Shown: positions 23,870-41,250, counted from the first letter of the stretch. The stretch is 64,000 nucleotides of DNA from the human T2T-CHM13v2.0 reference genome, Homo sapiens (GCF_009914755.1 NC_060941.1); one strand, 5' to 3'. Notes: generated from the sequence alone by a model not told the origin. Translations and numbers: made by a program.

Positions 23870-25315
23870 TTATGGATCTATGATTTGGAGTCTTAAAGCC
23901 TTGTGTAAGCATTTCATCTGTTATGGGGACAGTATTCATATTCGTTTTTCCCCTTTACTGATATTTGGCAAATATTTAATTCAGATTCATGATCCCTAAG
24001 TCAGAAGGTTTTTAGCTACCTTACAGTATATAGTCAGGAAAAACTAATTAATTTGGTATTAGCTTATGTAAAATATAATTAAGAAGGTAAATTTATTAAT
24101 TAAAATGTCACCTAGTATATTCTGAAGGCAATAATGAGTGATTTTGTTATTACTGTTTACAGTTATTTTACCTTATTAACCTTATTGATAGTGCCTGTTT
24201 TATTGAGAGTTGTATGCTTCTTTAGGAAAACATTGCCTATTTTCCTTAACATTTAAACTTGTGTGTCATTGACAATCTTCTTCTCACCTGTAGTGCCACT
24301 TACCTGTTTCCTGGGTACTTTGTTCTGCAGAGAGGAGTGAATGATGGGGAGCTTTCCTACCTAGTGGGTATCCAGTGCTGTGTCAGCTAGCTATATTGGG
24401 CATGTTTGATGAAAATTTGTGTATGACATTCTCCCTTTTGGTTCTGTTTGTTATCAGCTAACCTCCTTTCTTCTCATTTGCACCTTGTTTACCAATTCTT
24501 CAGAATTGGTTCCTAGAGATAGTATAAGGCCCTAAAACTTTTCCTGTCTGTGGTCTGCTAGATAGAGCCTTCCAGAGTATTTCCTGCCTTTAGGAATCCT
24601 AGGGACCCCAAGGGAAGAGGAGTCCTTTTGTTTCATGTTAAAACAGAAGGATTAGTTTAAAAAGCTGCTTTTGTTGTTGTTACCTTATAGTACTGGAGGT
24701 ATAAACAGATAAGGGCCCATTCTTACACTATTTTCATATGTTATTCAGTCTGACTGTGTGAGTTCTCCCTTGCTATAACTCATTTGTATTCAAAGCCACT
24801 TTTCGAAGGAGCATTTTACCAGAAGTGAGTCCCCTCCCCCTTGCTTGAGCCTAATGACCTCACTTTCCTTCCTGTCTTCCTATGTAGTGTGTGCTTGCTA
24901 ACATTGCTCCAGTTAGCTGATCTTTCTCCAGACTGGACTATTAGCATGAATATCAGTTAGTGGGTGAAAAGGGGAAGCTTTCTTGAATTGGAAGGCCCAA
25001 AAGGACGAGGCTGGGAAAAGGAGGGGCGGAATGGTCACTGATGGTTCCTTGAAGGAGGATTCCTTTTTAGGACTCCTTCTGCTTAGAGCCTAAAAGCCAT
25101 GATGAGGGAAGTCTTGATCTTTTGCTGTGCCTGCTGCTGCGCTGGTAGAGTGAAGTCAGTGGTTATGAAGGCAGAAGCCTAAAAAGGATTGACTGTTAGG
25201 AAGTAATCTTAACAAGAGGTACTAGATCTTTGGATCCATGATTTACTTCAATGTTGTCAAACTTATGTTGCACGAAGGATACAAATTATTAACCTCAGTT
25301 TTTTTGTTTTTAAAG

Positions 25316-25408
25316 AAAAAACACAACAGCAGCAGCTCAGCCCTTCTGAACAGCCCCACAGTAACAACAAGCTCATGTGCAGGGGCCAGTGAGAAAAAGA
25401 AATTTTTG
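25316..25408 (+). CDS. MAP3K3: MAP3K3 alternative in-frame cassette exon (31 aa, long isoform)
   Basis: Acceptor tttttttgtttttaaAG, 93 nt, phase 0/0, KKHNSSSSALLNSPTVTTSSCAGASEKKKFL, donor GTAAGG; matches the insert I recall in the long MEKK3 isoform. Confidence 0.9.
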
Positions 25409-25598
25409 GTAAGGATCCAGATTACCTGTTAAAGCCAAAATGTACTTTTAAATCTGCTACTCATGCTGCAACAGCAGAATTCACTTCCCAGACAAGTTGT
25501 TTTAGTGGATTTGTAAAAAGCATTGGTTACCCGTGACCTGTGTTCAGTGCTTCTAGTCACCATTTCTCACAACAGTATTATTCATAAACAGCCTCTAT

Positions 25599-25782
25599 CA
25601 GTGCTGTCCAATAAACCTTCTGTGATGACAGAAATGTTTTATATCTCTGCTGTCCAATGTGGTTTTGTAGCCACTAGCTACATGTGGCTGTTGAGCAACT
25701 AAGGAACTAAATTTTAAATTTTATATCATTTTAATTAATTTAGACAGCCACATGTGGCTAGTGGCTATTGTATTGGACAGCA
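25599..25782. mobile_element. MER3 (hAT-Charlie MITE)
   Basis: cagtgctgtccaata...agccacatgtggctagtggctattgtattggacagca, with terminal inverted repeats. Confidence 0.8.
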
Positions 25783-27203
25783 TGACTTTATGCACTATGT
25801 AAGGGACTGTTGATTTATTGGGCAAGAAATTATGTATATGCTTGGAGATGTGTAGATATTCATTGGTATGTTCATTCCTTACACACGTCATGAGTTTCTG
25901 TACATTGTGATAAGCTAATAATGGGAATCCTACCTAAGATTTCTGTTTTAGGAAGAATGTGAAGATGTGGAACTAGAACAGCTGTTTAGAAATTGAAGCT
26001 CAAAGTTTTATGTTAATATGGGCAAAAGGGGAAATAAAATGCTAAGATAGCTTTTCCTCTTAATGAAGTCAAGGTTATAGAATGGCCTGTCCTGGGAAGT
26101 GTAGCAGATGTTTTGCTTCTGACCAAGAGGGATATTCTTCAGCAAAATTCTGAAAGCAGAAAAAGACAAAGTCTCAGCAAATGCATTTCTAGGAAAGATA
26201 GGGTAAGAGGCAGTGCGGGGAAGATGTTGGGGAGAGGTATTTATAGCCTAGTATAATGAAAGGAGCCTGGTGATATTAATAATCATTTAACATCGGATTT
26301 TATAATTCACAGAGTTACACATTTATTATTATTATTGTAGTTTTTGTTAGCCTAGGCCTGAGATAGAATGAAACAGTTTTCTTCATTACCAGTTCTTCTG
26401 CCAGAAAGTCCATGCTTAGGAAGAGAGAGGAATGAAAGATCAAAACCTAATTTAAATGGTGAAGAGTTGCCAAATTTGGTTAAGAAATGTCTAATTGGAT
26501 TACAGATTCAAATTACAGAGTCCCAGTTGAAAGAAGCTAAGCATTTTGGCTAGCTGGAAAGGTTGTTTATTCAAGGGTGGAATGGGGCTGGCAGAGGCAA
26601 ACAGCCTTTCACTATGAGAATGGCAGTGCTGGCTACAAGGCAGAGTCGAGACTGGCACAGCTTCATGGAGCTCAAGCTTGGCCCAGCAAGGAAAGCCAGA
26701 GGAGCTGTGGGTTCATTAACAGGATTGTTTGGGTGCCGAGGCCTGGAAGAACTGAAAAATCTAATTTAATATCTCTGCTTAGCAAGACTTGAGACATCCT
26801 TTTCCCTAAGTAAACAAGCTTGGTAAGTAATTGAAAAAGAGAATGGATTTGAGAACAAATAGGCAGCTATGGAAGTACATGGGCAGTGAGCTATTAACAA
26901 TTTTCTAGGAGGTAGATTCTGTATTCTCTGTATTCTAGGAGTACAGAGAATACTGTACACTAGGAGCATTTGCTGTATTCTCCCTTTTGTATATTGGGTC
27001 TCTGGAAGCCTACAGCGTGGTTAGAGCTGACTGAATATTCTTAGATGTGTGGCACATCCTACGTGTGGCTGGGTCCTATGGATAGTTTTGCAGGCCATGA
27101 TGTGCAGTGTCCCTTTAGCAGTCATTAACTCACAGTGAGTTATCAATGGGTGTTAGTTCTCTGTGGGTCTGACAACTTAGTATAGTGAAAAGAGTGCTGG
27201 CCT

Positions 27204-27818
27204 GTGGCTGAACATGCTGGAGAAGAGCTTGCCTGGCCACAGGGACACAGCCACGCAGATCCAGCATGTGTCTCCCATGTGCCAAGTGGAGCCCCCAGCC
27301 AAGAAGGCAGCCACACTAGCAGAGGGTGACAAGGACAATGACATTGACCTGTTTGTCAGCGACAATGAGGAGGAAGACAAGGAGGCAGCCCGGCTGTGGG
27401 AGAAGTGGCTGAGGTGGTATGTGGAGAAGAAGGCCAAGAAGACTGCGTTGGTGGTCAAGTCCTCCATCCCGCTGGACATCAAGCCTTGGGACAATGAGAC
27501 CAATATAGCCCAATTGGAGGCCTGTATGCGCTTCATCCAGCTGGACGGGCTGGTCTAGGGGGGCCTCCAAGCTGGTGCCCATGGGCTACGGTATCCGGAA
27601 GCTGCAGATTCAGTGTGTGGTGGGGGACGACAAGGTGGGGACAAACTTTCTGGAAGAGGAGATTACCAAGTTTGAGAGCGTGTGTAGAGTGTCGATGTTG
27701 CAGCTTTCAACAAGGTCTGAAGCCTTAGAGTGTGTGTGCGTGCATGCGCACGTGTGCAAGTGTGTGAGGCCCTGCCACTATTAAAAACTGAGACCAACCA
27801 AAAAAAAAAAAAAAAAAA
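27204..27818 (+). pseudogene. EEF1DP7: 5'-truncated processed pseudogene of EEF1D (probably EEF1DP7) in a MAP3K3 intron
   Basis: ...[17 protein letters not shown]...[15 protein letters not shown]...[20 protein letters not shown]; TGG>TAG at 27556 and frameshifts; ATTAAA at 27780; poly-A tail; TSD aaaagagt(g/a)ctggcct at 27188-27203 and 27815-27830. The pseudogene number is from memory. Confidence 0.9.
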
Positions 27819-28698
27819 GAGTACTGGCCTAGGAGTCATAGAGTTGTTACTCATCTATTAATGTAGGATTTTATAATTTATAGAGTGCTTTCAACAACAG
27901 TTAACATCAATGCTATAAGCATGTGTATAAGGTTTACACAGCTTTTACACAAAGGTATTGAGTAGAGGCAGGAAGTAAATCCAAGCCTTCTGATTCCTAG
28001 TCACCGTAATTTTACCATGTATAAGTCATATAACCTTTCTGAAGTGAGTTTTTCCATCTGAAATATAGACTTAATACTCACTGTGTCTACCTCTTAAGAT
28101 TGTTGTAAGATCATAGACAGAATGTGAAATATTTTGTACATTGTAAAACAAATGTACAAATGTGAAGTTGCAGTGGTTATGTCACTTCTTATGTTCTGGC
28201 ACTGCAGGTGTGAGCTTTGGGGAAAGCTTCTAACTACAACTGTCCATAGTGTTGTGGAACTGAAAGGATTAAGGTTTTTCTCTCTTTATGGGATTATCAT
28301 TACTGTTTATCTGATGATCTTTGCAAATTTCTGAAGCTAGCCTAATTTCTGAAAATCCCAGTGGAGGAAGAAATGGAATCCTTATTTCCATGGATTCCTG
28401 TTTCCCTTGAATCTTATCAAAATGGTAGGTAGATACTTGAACAGAGTCTGGGCTCTGGATCTAACCCTCCAGATGTTCATGAGTGGGTGCTTCAGAACAG
28501 AAAAGCTGCTTTCTTCATGATAGGCACAAGCAGGGCAGGGCCTTGGCTATCATTTCTAGAGGAAGAGAATTCCAGGATCTGTTCCCCCAGCAGGGTCAGT
28601 GATTGAGCAGACTGTCTTTTGCTTTCAGTGTGAAAGACCTGGCTCTTCAGGACCTCCCTTCTCTTTCAAGGGTTGTTGATAAGATGGGCTGGCCAGTT

Positions 28699-28963
28699 TG
28701 AAAATAAAATATAAAACAACACACAAGCCTGGCATTATATTTTGTAAGAAGATTGCTTTATAATCGTCTCTTCCACTGATCTCCTACAACTTTCCAGAGT
28801 CATGCTTAAAAATAAAATTTTAATTTTTGTTGTATTTTTTTTTCCTTTCATTCACTTACTCTCTTTGGCAAAATAAGGACTGCAATTCCAGAAATGTGGG
28901 GAGGCATCAAAGGTATGTAGCAAATGCAGGGAGAGAAATCAGTACAGAATCAGAGCGAGGATA
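28699..28963 (+). repeat. Left arm of 265-bp inverted duplication (non-TE sequence)
   Basis: Reverse complement of 30217-30481, 5 substitutions, no indels. Confidence 0.95.
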
Positions 28964-29372
28964 AGAAGAATGATGGGTAACTGAGGCCTTTTTCAGGTCA
29001 AGTTAGTTCATAAACCTTTGGTTAATAAATCCTGATTTTTCTGGATTCTTGAAAGCTTTTTGGGCTACATGTTCAGCTGTTGAGTCCAGACTTTGAGAAG
29101 GTCATTTCTGCTTTAGTGTTATTGTCAGTTATTCCTGTTGCTCCTGCTGAGTCCCTGAATCTGTAGCTCAACCCGACAGCCCGCACTGTCTCTCTCCTGA
29201 GCGTGGCTGTCACTACTGCTCTCACCGGATTGCCTGTGGTGGGGAGGGGACATGAAGCTGCTTAGACCTGAATTTCTGTACTAGAACTTTTTTCTCAGTA
29301 GCTGACACCTCCATTCAGTTTAACATGTGCCTATGGTCACGCTTCTCAGACACACAAAAGAAATGTATGTCG

Positions 29373-29648
29373 GTCAGGAGTGGTGGCTCATGCCTGTAAC
29401 CCCAACACTTTGGGAGGCCGAGGCAGGCGGATCACCTGGCCTGGCCAACGTGGTGAAACCCTGTCTGTACAAAAATACAAAAATTAGCTGGGCATGATGA
29501 TAGGTGCTTGTAATCCCAGCTACTTGGGAGGCTGAGGTGGGAGAATCGCTTGTACTTGGGAGGCGGAGGTTGTAGTGAGCCGAGATCACTGCACTCCAGC
29601 CTGGGCGACAGAGCAAGACTCCATCTCAGAAAAAAAAGAAAAAAGAAA
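29373..29648 (+). mobile_element. AluS inside the spacer of the inverted duplication
   Basis: Alu dimer with small deletions. Confidence 0.85.
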
Positions 29649-30216
29649 GGTATGTCATATTCCCTGTACCCCAGGAATCATGCAGTCTTACTGGGAAGTG
29701 AGGACTACATGAAAAAAAGAAAGTATGATATGACTATGCCTCACTGTGTGGTACAGAGAGTAAGTGCTATAGAAGGCCAGGAAAATGAAAGATGAGCCTG
29801 GGCCAGAGGAGCTATGGAGTCATTTCAGGTGGAAGGGCACTTGAACTAGGCTGTGAAGGAAGTATAAACAGTTAGGTAGAACGGAGGAAGGGTGGCACTC
29901 CAGGTCAGGAAACAGAATGATTAAAGGCCTAGGGGAAGAAGCAAACATGGCATGTATCAGGAAACAAGGTGAGCTTTGATCTGGCTTTAAAGGGGGGTCC
30001 CTGTGGGGAACAAACAGTGTGAGATGATCAGGTAAACTGAATGAGCCTAAATCCCAGAGGGCTTTGAGTGATAGCAGAGAATTTAGACTTTATTCCATAG
30101 ATAATGGGTATCACTGATTACCTTATGAACAAAGAAGGAACATGGTGAAAAAGGTGATTGAGATGGTTGGAACTGTAGAGGAACGCAGAGTGGGTTGGAA
30201 ATGGGGAGCTGAAATG

Positions 30217-30481
30217 TATCCTCACTCTGATTCTGTACTGATTTCTCTCCCTGCATTTGCTACATACCTTTGATGCCTCCCCACATTTCTGGAATTGCAG
30301 TCCTTATTTTGCCAAAGAGAGTAAGTGAATGAAAGGAAAAAAAAATACAACAAAAATTAAAATTTTATTTTTAAGCATGACTCTGGAAAGTTGTAGGAGA
30401 TCAGTGGAAGAGATGATTATAAAGCAACCTTCTTACAAAATATAATGCCAGGCTTGTGTGTTGCTTTATATCTTATTTTCA
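30217..30481 (-). repeat. Right arm of 265-bp inverted duplication
   Basis: Reverse complement of 28699-28963; followed by a 26-bp perfect palindrome at 30483-30508. Confidence 0.95.
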
Positions 30482-30740
30482 GCTTTATACATTTATAAAT
30501 GTATAAAGATATAATGCTTTATATCTTATTGACTCTGGGATCAAGGGGAAAGGGTCTCACTGAAGGTGATGTCAGGGAGAATGGGAAGCAGAGTCTTATA
30601 CCGGAGGTCTTTGAGAGGAGAATTGAAATTTGCTCCCTGGCTGTGAGGAGGAAAAGGAAGGAAAGAATCAAGCATTACTCAGAGATGTAACTGTGTAGCT
30701 GGGAGCACAGCAGTACCAATGTTAGAAATAGTGACACTGA

Positions 30741-30905
30741 GCCAGGCATGGTGACATGCGCCTGTAGTCCAAGCTGCTTGGGAGGCTGAGGCAGGAGGAT
30801 CACTTGAACCCAGGAGCTCAAATCTGTAGCGCACAGTGATTGTGCCTGTGAATAGCTACTGCACTCCAGCCTGGGCAACATAGCGAGACCCCATCTCTGA
30901 AAAGA
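30741..30905 (+). mobile_element. FAM (fossil Alu monomer)
   Basis: Monomer retaining the 7SL-like gcctgtgaatagctactgcactccagcc segment. Confidence 0.7.
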
Positions 30906-31765
30906 AAGTAATAGTTGAGAAGGGAGACTAGTTTAGGAGAGTAGTTGATATAGACACATATGGCTAGATTGAGTTTGAGATTACAGTGGGAAAAAACCTC
31001 AAGAGTGTGTGAGGTATGTGTATGTGTGTACGTTGATTTTTGCAGGTCCATAATCTGTTATCTGCAGTTCTGAGATCCAAACAGTACTACAAACTAAAGG
31101 GGTATTTTTAGTTTTTAGTTTCTATTTATTATTTTTTAATTTGTAGCAGACTCATTTGGCAACCAGACCTGTCCTGAATAGACACAGGGCAATTTATGGT
31201 CTTTCTTTATTCTACTTATTGTGAATATTCATACTTTTCATTGCAAAAATTAGGATAGCTTCGATAAAAAGCATGTACTCTGTTAACAAATAGACTCCAA
31301 ATCTCAGTGATTTAACACAGTATTCCCAGTACAAGGAGGGGGAGAACAGTGTTGCCCAGAGTTACTTAGGAACCTGGATTGAGGGAGACTCCTCTGTCCT
31401 AGGACATGTGCCTGCCAGGGAAGAGAGTATAGAACTTGATTCTGTTCCTAGCTCTTGGTCAGAACTAGGGACAAACCCCCCAAACTAACTTTTAAGAGGT
31501 CCAGGAAATACTTGAGCATTCTGCCTCTACCACAGTAGTACTGTCTCAGACACCCCCCACTCCACTGCCTGGGGAGGCATCACATGATTTATAGAACATC
31601 TACCATACTACCCCTCTAAATCCAAAACATGCATTCTGAAACACTTTTGGCCCCAAGAATTTTGGCTAAAGGATAATAGACCTGTATTACCATTTACCAA
31701 CCACTTGTATATCAGGTACTGTTCTAATCACTTTACCCAATTATATGATTTAATTCTTTTGATAA

Positions 31766-32195
<430 letters not shown>

Positions 32196-32985
32196 GTTCG
32201 AGGTTACACAGCTAGGAAGTTGTAGAGCCAAGATTTGAAGCAGGCAGTTGGACTCCAGTGCTACATTCTTAACAACTATATATTGGCCTCAGATACGTGG
32301 CAAGCAGATGAGCCTTGCTTCAGTGATTGGGGCTACATATAGAGATTGAGGAATCATCTATTTAGAGGCCCACTGAGAAGTTGTATGCAGAGCAGGAGAA
32401 AGCCAGAAGTCAGAAGTCGCAAGGTTGAGGAATGGTCATGTGTTTGGGGAGGGGTGGGAGAGGGCATGAACAAGAGGAACCAGCAAAGAAGCAGAAGTGG
32501 TCAGAGTGGTAGCAGGTTCCCTGTGCTGGGATAGAGTCACAGAAGTTGGAAATAGAGTTGGCCACCCACCAGTGTGAAATGCCTCAGAGAGGACAAGAAG
32601 AATGGCTGGCCGGAAGGCATTGAATCAAATTATCTTTATCTGAACTTCCCTTATCTATGGCTTATTATGGTCAACCTGATGGGTGAAATTCAGATTTAGG
32701 GACTCAGAAGATTTGGGCATATCATGTGGTTCATGGAAGCTTGTAAGGCTGTCATGGCATCAAAGAAGCATCTTTGTTTACACTGCTTTTTAGTCACAGG
32801 CTTGGTTAGTCTTAAGTAGCAGTGATTTGTGGTTTGGAACAAAAGTTTAATTCCCTTTCTGAATAAATTCATGTAGAGCAGTGCTTAGGTTATGGCTCGT
32901 TATGAAATAAATTTAGTTCCTTCATTTCCATAAAGGCACTGAGGAGATTCCTTCATTAGTATATCTAAATATAATGTTGTCCCAG

Positions 32986-35919
<2,934 letters not shown>

Positions 35920-36629
35920 GAAACATGATAGACCTGATCTCTGCTCTCCTGCAGTTTACAGGCTACTCATGATGGTCATTTTGGAAAAGGCTGGGAACAG
36001 TGTATAAGATCCTACTTTACCCCCAGTGGGGTAGCTTTGGGAGGGTTTTGGGAAATCAATGATAGTGGTACCAGTGGCAGCAGCAGCAAAAACCAAATAT
36101 TGCATGTCTATTATGTGTCAGGTATTTTACTTACATTTAGTTGTTGTAAGAACTCTGCAAGGTATGTTTAGGCTTACTCTACAGATGGAAAAACTAAGAC
36201 TCACAGAGGATAAGTAACTTGCCTGTGGTCATATAGCTAGAAAGCATCAGCAGCAAAATTTCTTTTTTGTCTTCAGTCACATCAGCCAACAAGGAAATGT
36301 ATCCTGGTCAGGAGGTGATAGAGTGGGAGAAACTTCCAGAGCCAATTGTAGAAATAGGGTGTGTATGAAGCTAGAAACAGCATAGCAACTGAGCTGGGCA
36401 GCCACCTAGGGATCTTACCCTAAGAGCTTTGTTGTCCCTGATGTTAGAACTGGAAGTTTTAACTCATTGGAAAGGAATGCCCATGCCCATCTGGGAAGAG
36501 AAGCTGGACCAGGAGCCATCAGGGATGTATGCCTAATGTTGCTAACGAACTGCCCAAGGCTTACTTGGCAATGGCAGGAGTGACACATTCCAGAGAATTC
36601 TCTAACCTGTCTATCATTCTTTTTGGCAG

Positions 36630-36670
36630 AGTGACGTCAGAATCAAGTTCGAGCACAACGGGGAGAGGCG
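36630..36670 (+). CDS. MAP3K3: MAP3K3 exon, start of PB1 domain (SDVRIKFEHNGER)
   Basis: Acceptor ttctttttggcAG, 41 nt, donor GTAAGT at 36671. Confidence 0.96.
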
Positions 36671-39052
36671 GTAAGTCTGCCTTCTGATGAGTAGCTGTGT
36701 TCATGTATGCCAAAGTTCTCAGATAGCATTGAGTTCATGGAAGTCATTCCCCTGTCCTGATCCCTGTGGGGCCACTGGCTGGGTAATAGGGTGGATTGGG
36801 CATAAAGGGAGGAAAGTTTCACCCTTGTCTTGGCCTACTAATTGAACCTTGTTCCTATCTTAGCATTGGAAGCCATTTCAACTGCTGATGTTTTACTGTT
36901 CTGCTCTATTCTGCTGCTGTGAGGTCTGACATTTTATTAGGAAGTGAGGACTCTGGCCCTACTCAGAGTCATGGCTTTCAGACACACTGACACTGTGTCA
37001 CCTGTGGGCATTAGAGGGAGGGCAGGATTCTCCTGTGATATGGTGCCATTACTATTCCCAGTAGAGCAGCCCTGGCTTTGTCCACATCAAGGGTCAGGTT
37101 GGTGAATTAGAAGTTTCTTCATGATGTCTCTAGGTCATGGGAAGCTGCACCAAGTCCATCAGTTGTAAAAGACTTTAGCTCCTTTGAGGACATAGAAAGA
37201 GGGAGTTTTTCGGTCTGTGTTCTGAATCTTACCTCATTAGGGAAGTGAAAGTAGTGTTACAAAACTCTTCTGTCCTTTTCTCCATTGTCAGTATTTTCAT
37301 TATTGTTATTTTTTGTGGGAAGCCAAGGTAGAAGTTCTCAGTAGAAAAAATGTGACTGTACTTAATTTCTGAAGTTATTTAAGGAAAACATTCAGAAAGC
37401 ATACAGAACTCTGGACATGGGATATTTGGGACCTTGCATGTTTGTGCATGTGCGGCACATGTACACATAAATGTGCCTTTCGGTGTTTTTTCCACTCTTT
37501 GCCTTTCTTTCCCATTGATATACTACCCCCTGCCACCCTCAGCTTTCCTTTGCTTTGAGCATTTGGACAGGTGAAGAGCATACCCATTAGTATGAGGTCT
37601 TCCTACTTTAAGAGTCTCACCACAGGACCTTAGTACCTCTAAACATTCTTGATTCTGGTAGTTCTCTACAGTTGGTACCTTTCAGCCTACTTTGCAGCTG
37701 GCTCCAGAGGAGACCTGTGGCTACTATTCTCCCTTTAAAATACACATTCACAAGCCTACAAGGTTGTCAGAGGCAACCCGGTGGAAGCATTGTGGAAAGT
37801 GTGGTCTGCAGAGCCAGGGTCCTTCTGCTCCTATGTGAGTTCCAGGCCTGGAGGGAGGAAGGTCTGAGCTCTGTCCCCAGCTGCTCTTCCTGTGTCCTGC
37901 CATTAGCAGAGAAGTTAAATTGTCACTTCATTGTTGCTACTTTTCACATTTTCCAACCTGAGTTTTAAAGGGATGGCCAAACTCAGAGCAGCAGAGTTTT
38001 CAATCAAAAGCACAATTGTGTTGGAGCCCAATTACGCAGTTAGGCTCTCCTGAATTCCCTGTTCCCAAAGTGGTATGCAGTTACAGTGAGCAGGCTTACA
38101 CTGAGAAAGTGTATGTGTTTGGTTTCAGAGAAGCTGCCAGATTGAAACCACAAATATTTAAGGTGGTCAGGCAGGAATGGCCTTCTGAAGCCCTGAGCAG
38201 CAGAACGTTGCTTATCAAGGTTTTGAAAATGGTGCATTCTCTTTTTACGGAGCTGTTTTCAGGAGCCATGGCATTTCAGTGTTTGTGTACTATATGTGGA
38301 ATTGAGGACTTTATAAAGTTGGTGCAGGGAAGCCAACAGAGTTAGTACTCTGTGCCACACAGCTCTAGTTTCGTGTATTTCACGTCAGGATTTTGTAGAG
38401 AATGTCATTATGGGCATTTTAAACTTTTTACCTGGAATATGGGTAGTATTTATCTAAATGTAGGCCCTTATAGAATTAGAATTCACAGGAAAGAGGAAAG
38501 AAGTCATGACTTTTCCCACTTATCCATGACAGGTATTCATTCTGGTGGGCTGACTTTCCCTTTACTTTGAGAATATGGGGACCAGACCCCTGACTGTCCT
38601 CCCTTTTGGCCCCAGGAGGGCTGGGGAGAAGGATTGTAGATTAAGATCTCCTTCCCTTTGGAAATGTTAATGACACACTGATGGGGGTGGTTGCATGGGT
38701 GTTAGACCTCTCTTTGAAGCACTGGCCTAAAAATGCCTGTTATTCAATAGGATGGCAGCAGCTTAGATCTTACCCAATCTGGAAGTCCTGGCCTCTGATC
38801 TTGACCAGACTTTCAAGCTGCTTTTGTGGGTTTTGAATGGCTCATTGCTAGGCCAAATGCAGAAGAATTTATCTCTGATCATGATCCTTTTTCAATAGTG
38901 TGCTAGGGACATCTGAGTGGACTTCTGGTATTTTATCCAGAAAGGCTGGACCCTTTTGCACTGTTGCTGAGGCCTTGAAGAAGGAGGGGTATGATTTGCT
39001 ATTAGGCATTAATAGAAAGCTATCCTCTCAAAAGGCTTCAGAAACACCTCTA

Positions 39053-39437
<385 letters not shown>

Positions 39438-39597
39438 TCAATGGGTTTCCTAGTGGAGATGAAACTAATTTGGTTAGCAGTATAATTTCCAAAAATGAAA
39501 GGTGGTGATGGACAAAGGAAAAAAACAGGAAGGAATTACCTTCTTGAGATGTTAGGCTTTGCGTGAAGGATAGATTATGGTTTATATTAATAGTCTA

Positions 39598-40380
<783 letters not shown>

Positions 40381-40822
40381 ATGCAGTTCTAGATGATGAA
40401 GGCTTTTATGCTTCTCACTGATTTGAGCCAACCTGTTACAGAAGAACATTAAAGAAATTATCTGGTCAGATTTTATTAAAACCCAATGGTTTAGATCCCT
40501 CTCTCTTGTGGCTTATTGCTTCTTCCTCTGGTTACACCACTTCCCACTCTGGGGGAGCAGGGAAGATGAGAAAGAACCACACACTTCTTCCTCTCAGCAT
40601 GGAAGAGGACAAGAACTGCGCAGGCCCATGGCTGAATACTGCTTGCTCCAACACACACTAGTCTGATTTTATCCTGCTTAGGTGTACTAAGAGATGAAGG
40701 TTGTTTTAATAGGCATTTCTCCAGTCACATTGGGCATCTTTTCATGTGTTTTATTAGCCACTTACAATTCTTCTGTGAATTGTCTAATCTTTTGCCTTTT
40801 CTATTAGATTGTCTTTTATTGA

Positions 40823-41068
<246 letters not shown>

Positions 41069-41233
41069 TAAATTTTTAGTAGAGATGGGGTTTTCCCATG
41101 TTGGCCAGGCTAGTCTTGAACTCCGGACCTCAGGTGATCCACCCACCGCAGCCTCCCAAAGCGCTGGGATTACAGGCATGAGCCATCTTGCCTGGCTTGT
41201 CTTCTGTATTTTATGTTATGGTTAGGAAGACCT

Positions 41234-41250
41234 TCTCTCTCTCTGTCTCT

